Below are positions 11,249 to 20,743 of a DNA stretch of 20,743 bases, in pieces. Source of the DNA: Azolla caroliniana (lineage: Eukaryota > Plantae > Polypodiophyta); contig JBHGNT010000562.1 in NCBI GenBank assembly GCA_043228905.1, positions 1 to 20,743 of the forward strand. The letters run 5' to 3'. The position numbers were made by a program, and so were the translations under genes. Each line of letters opens with the position of its first letter. Position 1 is the stretch's first letter. Under the pieces are notes generated by a model, which was not told the DNA's origin, searched no databases, and was given only the letters and a program-made list of their open reading frames with translations.

Positions 11249-11960
11249 ATGTTCATACCTGGCTCGTGTGATATCGGATTTTTGTGTTCAAGCATGCGAA
11301 TCGAAGCTAACAACGCTAGCTATGATATGGAATTAAAAAATCAAGATTTTGAAACTCAGGTCGAGAGATATGACGAAATTACCAAATTTGAGGAGTGAGT
11401 TGGGAAGAGCTTGTAAGTAAATTAAAATGTTCATACCTAGCTCGTGTGATATCGGATTTATGTGTTGAAGCCTGCAAATCGAAGCTAACAACGCTAGCTA
11501 TGATATGGAATTAAAAAATCAAGATTTTGAAACTCAGGTCGAGAGATATGACGAAATTACCAAATTTGAGGAGTGAGTTGGGAAGAGCTCGTAAGTAAAT
11601 TAAAATGTTCATACCTGGCTCGTGTGATATCGGATTTTTGTGTTCAAACATGCGAATCGAAGCTAACAACGCTAGCTATGATATGGAATTAAAAAATCAA
11701 GATTTTGAAACTCAGGTCGAGAGACATGACGAAATTACCAAACATGAGGAGGGAGTTCAGAGGAGCCCTTGAGTAAATTAAAATGTTCATACCTGGCTCG
11801 TGTGATATCGGATTTTTGTGTTCAAACATGCGAATCGAAGCTAACAACGCTAGCTATGATATGGAATTAAAAAATCAAGATTTTGAAACTCAGGTCGAGA
11901 GACATGACGAAATTACCAAATTTGAGGAGTGAGTTGGGAAGAGCTCGTTGATAAATTAAA

Positions 11961-13384
11961 ATGTTCATACCTGGCTCGTGTGATATCGGATTTTTGTGTT
12001 CAAACATGCGAATCGAAGCTAACAATGCTAGCTATGATATGGAATTAAAAAATCAAGATTTTGAAACTCAGGTCAAGAGACATGACGAAATTACCAAACA
12101 TGAGGAGGGAGTTCAGAGGAGCCCTTGAGTAAATTAAAATGTTCATACCTGGCTCGTGTGATATCGGATTTCTGTGTTGAAGCACGCGAATCGAAGCTAA
12201 CAACGCTAGCTATGATATGGAATTAAAAAATCAAGATTTTGAAACTCAGGTCGAGAGACATGATGGAATTAAAAAATTTGAGGAGTGAGTTGGGAAGAGC
12301 TAGTTGGTAAATTAAAATGTTCATACCTGGCTCGTGTGATATCGGATTTTTGTGTTCAAACATGCGAATCGAAGCTAACAACGCTAGCTATGATATGGAA
12401 TTAAAAAATCAAGATTTTGAATCTTAGGTCGAGAGACATGACGAAATTACCAAATTTGAGGAGTGAGTTGGGAAGAGCTTGTAGGTAAATTAAAATGTTC
12501 ATACCTGGCTCGTGTGATATCGGATTTTTGTATTCAAACATGCGAATCGAAGCTAACAATGCTAGCTATGATATGGAATTAAAAAATCAAGATTTTGAAA
12601 CTCAGGTCGAGAGACATGACGAAATTACCAAATTTGAGGAGTGAGTTGGGAAGAGCTAGTTGGTAAATTAAAATGTTCATACCTGGCTCGTGTGATATCG
12701 GATTTTTGTGTTCAAACATGCGAATCGAAGCTAACAATGCTAGCTATGATATGGAATTAAAAAATCAAGATTTTGAAACTCAGGTCAAGAGACATGACGA
12801 AATTACCAAACATGAGGAGGGAGTTCAGAGGAGCCCTTGAGTAAATTAAAATGTTCATACCTGGCTCGTGTGATATCGGATTTCTGTGTTGAAGCACGCG
12901 AATCGAAGCTAACAACGCTAGCTATGATATGGAATTAAAAAATCAAGATTTTGAAACTCAGGTCGAGAGACATGATGGAATTAAAAAATTTGAGGAGTGA
13001 GTTGGGAAGAGCTAGTTGGTAAATTAAAATGTTCATACCTGGCTCGTGTGATATCGGATTTTTGTGTTCAAACATGCGAATCGAAGCTAACAACGCTAGC
13101 TATGATATGGAATTAAAAAATCAAGATTTTGAATCTTACGTCGAGAGACATGACGAAATTACCAAATTTGAGGAGTGAGTTGGGAAGAGCTTGTAGGTAA
13201 ATTAAAATGTTCATACCTGGCTCGTGTGATATCGGATTTTTGTATTCAAACATGCGAATCGAAGCTAACAATGCTAGCTATGATATGGAATTAAAAAATC
13301 AAGATTTTGAAACTCAGGTCGAGAGACATGACGAAATTACCAAATTTGAGGAGTGAGTTGGGAAGAGCTAGTTGGTAAATTAAA
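11961..13384 (+). repeat. Tandem 4-monomer block x2 (712-bp period)
   Basis: The order GGTCAAGAG / TTTCTGTG+GATGGAATTAAAAAA / GAATCTTA / TGTATTC occurs at 11961-12672 and again at 12673-13384. Confidence 0.85.
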
Positions 13385-14630
13385 ATGTTCATACCTGGCT
13401 CGTGTGATATCGGATTTTTGTGTTCAAACATGCGAATCGAAGCTAGCAATGCTAGCTATGATATGGAATTAAAAAATCAAAATTTTGAAACTCAGGTCGA
13501 GAGACATGACGAAATTACCAATTTTGAGGAGTGAGTTGGGAAGAGCTAGTAGGTAAATTAAAATGTTCATACCTGGCTCGTGTGATATCGGATTTTTGTG
13601 TTCAAACATGCGAATCGAAGCTAACAATGCTAGCTATGATATGGAATTAAAAAATCAAGATTTTGAAACTCAGGTCGAGAGACATGACGAAATTACCAAT
13701 CATGAGGAGGGAGTTCAGAGGAGCCCTTGAGTAAATTAAAATGTTCATACCTGGCTCGTGTGATATCGGATTTTTGTGTTGAAGCACGCGAATCGAAGCT
13801 AACAACGCTAGCTACGATATGGAATTAAAAAATCAAGATTTTGAAACTCAGGTCGAGAGACATGACGAAATTACCAAATTTGAGGAGTGAGTTGGGAAGA
13901 GCTTGTAGGTAAATTAAAATGTTCATACCTGGCTCGTGTGATATCGGATTTTTGTATTCAAACATGCGAATCGAAGCTAACAATGCTAGCTATGATATGG
14001 AATTAAAAAATCAAGATTTTGAAACTCAGGTCGAGAGACATGACGAAATTACCAAATTTGAGGAGTGAGTTGGGAAGAGCTAGTTGGTAAATTAAAATGT
14101 TCATACCTGGCTCGTGTGATATCGGATTTTTGTGTTCAAACATGCGAATCGAAGCTAGCAATGCTAGCTATGATATGGAATTAAAAAATCAAAATTTTGA
14201 AACTCAGGTCGAGAGACATGACGAAATTACCAATTTTGAGGAGTGAGTTGGGAAGAGCTAGTAGGTAAATTAAAATGTTCATACCTGGCTCGTGTGATAT
14301 CGGATTTTTGTGTTCAAACATGCGAATCGAAGCTAACAATGCTAGCTATGATATGGAGTTAAAAAATCAAGATTTTGAAACTCAGGTCGAGAGACATGAC
14401 GAAATTACCAAACATGAGGAGGGAGTTCAGAGGAGCCCTTGAGTAAATTAAAATGTTCATACCTGGCTCGTGTGATATCGGATTTTTGTGTTGAAGCACG
14501 CGAATCGAAGCTAACAACGCTAGCTATGATATGGAATTAAAAAATCAAGATTTTGAAACTCAGGTCGAGAGACATGACGAAATTATCAAATTTGAGGAGT
14601 GAGTTGGGAAGAACTTGTAGGTAAATTACA
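13207..14630 (+). repeat. Second tandem 4-monomer block x2 (712-bp period)
   Basis: The order TGTATTC / GCTAGCAAT+CAAAATTTT+CAATTTTG / B-tail / TTGAAGCACG occurs at 13207-13918 and again at 13919-14630. Confidence 0.8.
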
Positions 14631-17600
14631 ATGTTCATACCTGGCACGTGTGATATCGGATTTTTGTGTTCAAACATGCGAATCGAAGCTAACAACGCTA
14701 GCTATGATATGGAATTAAAAAATCAAGATTTTGAAACTCAGGTCGAGAGACATGACGAAATTACCAAATTTGAGGAATGAGTTGAGAAGAGCTAGTAGGT
14801 AAATTAAAATGTTCAGACCTGGGGAGTGTGATATCGGAATTTTGTGTTCAAACATGCGAATCGAAGCTAATAATGCTAGCTATGATATGGAATTAAAAAA
14901 TCAAGATTTTGAAACTCAGGTCGAGAGACATGATGGAATTAAAAAATTTGAGGAGTGAGTTGGGAAGAGCAAGTTGGTAAATTAAAATGTTCATACCTGG
15001 CTCGTGTGATATCGGATTTTTGTGTTCAAACATGCGAATCGAAGCTAACAATGCTAGCTATGATATGGAATTAAAAAATCAAGATTTTGAAACTCAGGTC
15101 GAGAGACATGACGAAATTACCAAACATGAGGAGGGAGTTCAGAGGAGCCCTTGAGTAAATTAAAATGTTCATACCTGGCTCGTGTGATATCGGATTTTTG
15201 TGTTCAAACATGCGAATCGAAGCTAACAACGCTAGCTATGATATGGAATTAAAAAATCAAGATTTTGAAACTCAGGTCGAGAGACATGACGAAATTACCA
15301 AATTTGAGGAGTGAGTTGGGAAGAGCTCGTTGATAAATTAAAATGTTCATACCTGGCTCGTGTGATATCGGATTTTTGTGTTCAAACATGCGAATCGAAG
15401 CTAACAATGCTAGCTATGATATGGAATTAAAAAATCAAGATTTTGAAACTCAGGTCAAGAGACATGACGAAATTACCAAACATGAGGAGGGAGTTCAGAG
15501 GAGCCCTTGAGTAAATTAAAATGTTCATACCTGGCTCGTGTGATATCGGATTTCTGTGTTGAAGCACGCGAATCGAAGCTAACAACGCTAGCTATGATAT
15601 GGAATTAAAAAATCAAGATTTTGAAACTCAGGTCGAGAGACATGATGGAATTAAAAAATTTGAGGAGTGAGTTGGGAAGAGCTAGTTGGTAAATTAAAAT
15701 GTTCATACCTGGCTCGTGTGATATCGGATTTTTGTGTTCAAACATGCGAATCGAAGCTAACAATGCTAGCTATGATATGGAATTAAAAAATCAAGATTTT
15801 GAAACTCAGGTCGAGAGACATGACGAAATTACCAAATTTGAGGAGTGAGTTGGGAAGAGCTTGTAGGTAAATTAAAATGTTCATACCTGGCTCGTGTGAT
15901 ATCGGATTTTTGTATTCAAACATGCGAATCGAAGCTAACAATGCTAGCTATGATATGGAATTAAAAAATCAAGATTTTGAAACTCAGGTCGAGAGACATG
16001 ACGAAATTACCAAATTTGAGGAGTGAGAGGGTATCGAGCTAGTTGGTAAATTAAAATGTTCATACCTGGCTCGTGTGATATCGGATTTTTGTGTTCAAAC
16101 ATGCGAATCGAAGCTAACAACGCTAGCTATGATATGGAATTAAAAAATCAAGATTTTGAAACTCAGGTCGAGAGACATGACGAAATTACCAAACATGAGG
16201 AGGGAGTTCAGAGGAGCCCTAGAGTAAATTAAAATGTTCATACCTGGGGAGTGTGATATCGGATTTTTGTGTTCAAGCATGCGAATCGAAGCTGACAATG
16301 CTAGCTATGATATGGAATTAAAAAATCAAGATTTTGAAACTCAGGTCGAGAGACATGACGAAATTACCAAACATGAGGAGGGAGTTCAGAGGAGCCCTTG
16401 AGTAAATTAAAATGTTCATACCTGGCTCGTGTGATATCGGATTTTTGTGTTGAAGCACGCGAATCGAAGCTAACAACGCTAGCTATGATATGGAATTAAA
16501 AAATCAAGATTTTGAAACTCAGGTCGAGAGACATGACGAAATTATCAAATTTGAGGAGTGAGTTGGGAAGAACTTGTAGGTAAATTAAAATGTTCATACC
16601 TGGCACGTGTGATATCGGATATTTGTGTTCAAACATGCGAATCGAAGCTAACAACGCTAGCTATGATATGGAATTAAAAAATCAAGATTTTGAAACTCAG
16701 GTCGAGAGACATGACGAAATTACCAAATTTGAGGAATGAGTTGAGAAGAGCTAGTAGGTAAATTAAAATGTTCAGACCTGGGGAGTGTGATATCGGAATT
16801 TTGTGTTCAAACATGCGAATCGAAGCTAATAATGCTAGCTATGATATGGAATTAAAAAATCAAGATTTTGAAACTCAGGTCGAGAGACATGATGGAATTA
16901 AAAAATTTGAGGAGTGAGTTGGGAAGAGCTAGTTGGTAAATTAAAATGTTCATACCTGGCTCGTGTGATATCGGATTTTTGTGTTCAAACATGCGAATTG
17001 AAGCTAGCAATGCTAGCTATGATATGGAATTAAAAAATCAAGATTTTGAAACTCAGGTCGAGAGACATGACGAAATTACCAATTTTGAGGAGTGAGTTGG
17101 GAAGAGCTAGTAGGTAAATTAAAATGTTCATACCTGGCTCGTGTGATATCGGATTTTTGTGTTCAAACATGCGATTCGAAGCTAACAACGCTAGCTATGA
17201 TATGGAATTAAAAAATCAAGATTTTGAAACTCAGGTCGAGAGACATGACGAAATTACCAAATTTGAGGAATGAGTTGGGAAGAGCTAGTAGGTAAATTAA
17301 AATGTTCATACCTGGCTCGTGTGATATCGGATTTTTGTGTTCAAGCATGCGAATCGAAGCTAACCATGCTAGCTATGATATGGAATTAAAAAATCAAGAT
17401 TTTGAAACTCAGGTCGAGAGACATGACGAAATTACCAAATTTGAGGAGTGAGTTGGGAAGAGCTAGTTGGTAAATTAAAATGTTAAGACCTGGGGAGTGT
17501 GATATCGGAATTTTGTGTTCAAACACGCGAATCGAAGCTAACAACGCTAGCTATGATATGGAATTAAAAAATCAAGATTTTGAAACTCAGGTCGAGAGAC

Positions 17601-20600
17601 ATGACGAAATTATCAAATTTGAGGAGTGAGTTGGGAAGAACTTGTAGGTAAATTAAAATGTTCATACCCGGCACGTGTGATATCGGATTTTTGTGTTCAA
17701 ACATGCGAATCGAAGCTAACAACGCTAGCTATGATATGGAATTAAAAAATCAAGATTTTGAAACTCAGGTCGAGAGACATGACGAAATTACCAAATTTGA
17801 GGAATGAGTTGAGAAGAGCTAGTAGGTAAATTAAAATGTTCAGACCTGGGGAGTGTGATATCGGAATTTTGTGTTCAAACATGCGAATCGAAGCTAATAA
17901 TGCTAGCTATGATATGGAATTAAAAAATCAAGATTTTGAAACTCAGGTCGAGAGACATGACGAAATTACCAAACATGAGGAGTGAGTTGGGAAGAGCTAG
18001 TTGGTAAATTAAAATGTTCATACCTGGCTCGTGTGATATCGGATTTTTGTGTTCAAACATGCGAATTGAAGCTAGCAATGCTAGCTATGATATGGAATTA
18101 AAAAATCAAGATTTTGAAACTCAGGTCGAGAGACATGACGAAATTACCAATTTTGAGGAGTGAGTTGGGAAGAGCTAGTAGGTAAATTAAAATGTTCATA
18201 CCTGGCTCGTGTGATATCGGATTTTTGTGTTCAAACATGCGATTCGAAGCTAACAACGCTAGCTATGATATGGAATTAAAAAATCAAGATTTTGAAACTC
18301 AGGTCGAGAGACATGACGAAATTACCAAATTTGAGGAATGAGTTGGGAAGAGCTAGTAGGTAAATTAAAATGTTCATACCTGGCTCGTGTGATATCGGAT
18401 TTTTGTGTTCAAACATGCGAATCGAAGCTAACAATGCTAGCTATGATATGGAATTAAAAAATCAAGATTTTGAAACTCAGGTCGAGAGACATGACGAAAT
18501 TACCAAACATGAGGAGGGAGTTCAGAGGAGCCCTTGAGTAAATTAAAATGTTCATACCTGGGGAGTGTGATATCGGATTTTTGTGTTCAAGCATGCGAAT
18601 CGAAGCTAACCATGCTAGCTATGATATGGAATTAAAAAATCAAGATTTTGAAACTCAGGTCGAGAGACATGACGAAATTACCAAATTTGAGGAGTGAGTT
18701 GGGAAGAGCTAGTTGGTAAATTAAAATGTTAAGACCTGGGGAGTGTGATATCGGAATTTTGTGTTCAAACATGCGAATCGAAGCTAATAATGCTAGCTAT
18801 GATATGGAACTAAAAAATCAAGATTTTGAAACTCAGGTCGAGAGACATGATGGAATTAAAAAATTTGAGGAGTGAGTTGGGAAGAGCTAGTTGGTAAATT
18901 AAAATGTTCATACCTGGCGAGTGTGATATCGGATTTATGTGTTCAAACATGCGAATCGAAGCTAACAACGCTAGCTATGATATGGAATTAAAAAATCAAG
19001 ATTTTGAAACTCAGGTCGAGAGACATGACGAAATTACCAAATTTGAGGAATGAGTTGGGAAGAGCTAGTAGGTAAATTAAAATGTTCATACCTGGCTCGT
19101 GTGATATCGGATTTTTGTGTTCAAACATGCGAATCGAAGTTAACAATGCTAGCTATGATATGGAATTAAAAAATCAAGATTTTGAAACTCAGGTCGAGAG
19201 ACATGACGAAATTACCAAACATGAGGAGGGAGTTCAGAGGAGCCCTTGAGTAAATTAAAATGTTCATACCTGGGGAGTGTGATATCGGATTTTTGTGTTC
19301 AAGCATGCGAATCGAAGCTAACAACGCTAGCTATGATATGGAATTAAAAAATCAAGATTTTGAAACTCAGGTCGAGAGAAATGACGAAATTACCAAATTT
19401 GAGGAGTGAGTTGGGAAGAGCTTGTAGGTAAATTAAAATGTTCATACCTGGCTCGTGTGATATCGGATTTTTGTGTTCAAACATGCGAATCGAAGCTAAC
19501 AATGCTAGCTATGATATGGAATTAAAAAATCAAGATTTTGAAACTCAGGTCGAGAGACATGACGAAATTACCAAATTTGAGGAGTGAGTTGGCAGGAGCC
19601 CCTGAGTAAATTAAAATGTTCATACCTGGCTCGTGTGATATCGGATTTTTGTGTTCAAGCATGCGAATCGAAGCTAACAACGCTAGCTATGATATGGAAT
19701 TAAAAAATCAAGATTTTGAAACTCAGGTCGAGAGATATGACGAAATTACCAAATTTGAGGAGTGAGTTGGGAAGAGCTTGTAGGTAAATTAAAATGTTCA
19801 TACCTGGCTCGTGTGATATCGGATTTTTGTGTTGAAGCACGCGAATCGAAGCTAACAACGCTAGCTATGATATGGAATTAAAAAATCAAGATTTTGAAAC
19901 TCAGGTCGAGAGACATGACGAAATTACCAAATATGAGGAGGGAGTTCAGAGGAGCCCTTGAGTAAATTAAAATGTTCATACCTGGCTCGTGTGATATCGG
20001 ATTTTTGTGTTGAAACATGCGAATCGAAGCTAACAACGCTAGCTATGATATGGAATTAAAAAATCAAGATTTTGAAACTCAGGTCGAGAGACATGACGAA
20101 ATTACCAAATTTGAGGAGTGAGTTGGGAAGAGCTCGTTGATAAATTAAAATGTTCATACCTGGCTCGTGTGATATCGGATTTTTGTGTTGAAGCACGCGA
20201 ATCGAAGCTAACAACGCTAGCTATGATATGGAATTAAAAAATCAAGATTTTGAAACTCAGGTCGAGAGACATGACGAAATTACCAAATTTGAGGAGTGAG
20301 TTGGGAAGAGCTCGTTGATAAATTAAAATGTTCATACCTGGCTCGTGTGATATCGGATTTTTGTGTTCAAACATGCGATTCGAAGCTAACAACACTAGCT
20401 ATGATATGGAATTAAAAAATCAAGATTTTGAAACTCAGGTCGAGAGACATGACGAAATTACCAAATATGAGGAGGGAGTTCAGAGGAGCCCTTGAGTAAA
20501 TTAAAATGTTCATACCTGGCTCGTGTGATATCGGATTTTTGTGTTGAAACATGCGAATCGAAGCTAACAACGCTAGCTATGATATGGAATTAAAAAATCA

Positions 20601-20743
20601 AGATTTTGAAACTCAGGTCGAGAGACATGACGAAATTACCAAATTTGAGGAGTGAGTTGGGAAGAGCTAGTTGGTAAATTAAAATGTTAAGACCTGAGGA
20701 GTGTGATATCGGAATTTTGTGTTCAAACACGCGAATCGAAGCT

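Larger units (their letters stand above)
1..20743. repeat. Tandem satellite DNA array, 178-bp monomer, ~116.5 copies, head-to-tail; runs off both window ends
   Basis: The ATGTTCATACC anchor recurs at 63, 241, 419, 597, 775, 953, 1130 ... 20506 and 20684 (ATGTTAAGACC variant). Spacing is 178 bp apart from a few 177- or 179-bp units and one fused 335-bp pair (6112-6446). There is no unique sequence anywhere in the window. Confidence 0.99.

Noticed and set aside
1-20743. CRISPR array or repeat-plus-variable-cassette system
   Set aside because: There are no unique spacers. The variable tail has only two related haplotypes plus hybrids, and no cas, recombinase or reverse transcriptase gene is present.
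1-20743. 5S rDNA, tRNA, snRNA or spliced-leader gene tandem array
   Set aside because: I recognise no 5S, tRNA or snRNA sequence and no Pol III A/B/C boxes. An Rfam cmscan would be the decisive test.

Overview
The whole 20.7-kb window is one uninterrupted head-to-tail tandem satellite array of about 116.5 copies of a 178-bp monomer (~36% GC), all in the same orientation. The monomer is ATGTTCATACCTGGCTCGTGTGATATCGGATTTTTGTGTTCAA[A/G]CATGCGAATCGAAGCTAACAA[C/T]GCTAGCTATGATATGGAATTAAAAAATCAAGATTTTGAAACTCAGGTCGAGAGA[C/T]ATGACGAAATTACCAAA-tail-TAAATTAAA. It looks like eukaryotic centromeric or heterochromatic satellite DNA (nucleosome-sized, plant-like by inference). I could not assign it to a named family. 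I found no genes, RNA genes, transposons or CRISPR arrays. The interest lies in the array architecture, read by eye from diagnostic variants. The left ~11.5 kb carries a 13-monomer higher-order repeat (2313 bp) with an 11-mer variant, and the right part carries short 3-7-mer duplications. A 4605-bp-offset duplication starts exactly at a scar made of a 14-bp templated duplication and a 35-bp microhomology deletion. There is also a 138-bp conversion-like patch, a variant that copies a motif from within the monomer, and CpG-deamination-type variation. All comparisons were made by eye and need confirmation by alignment.
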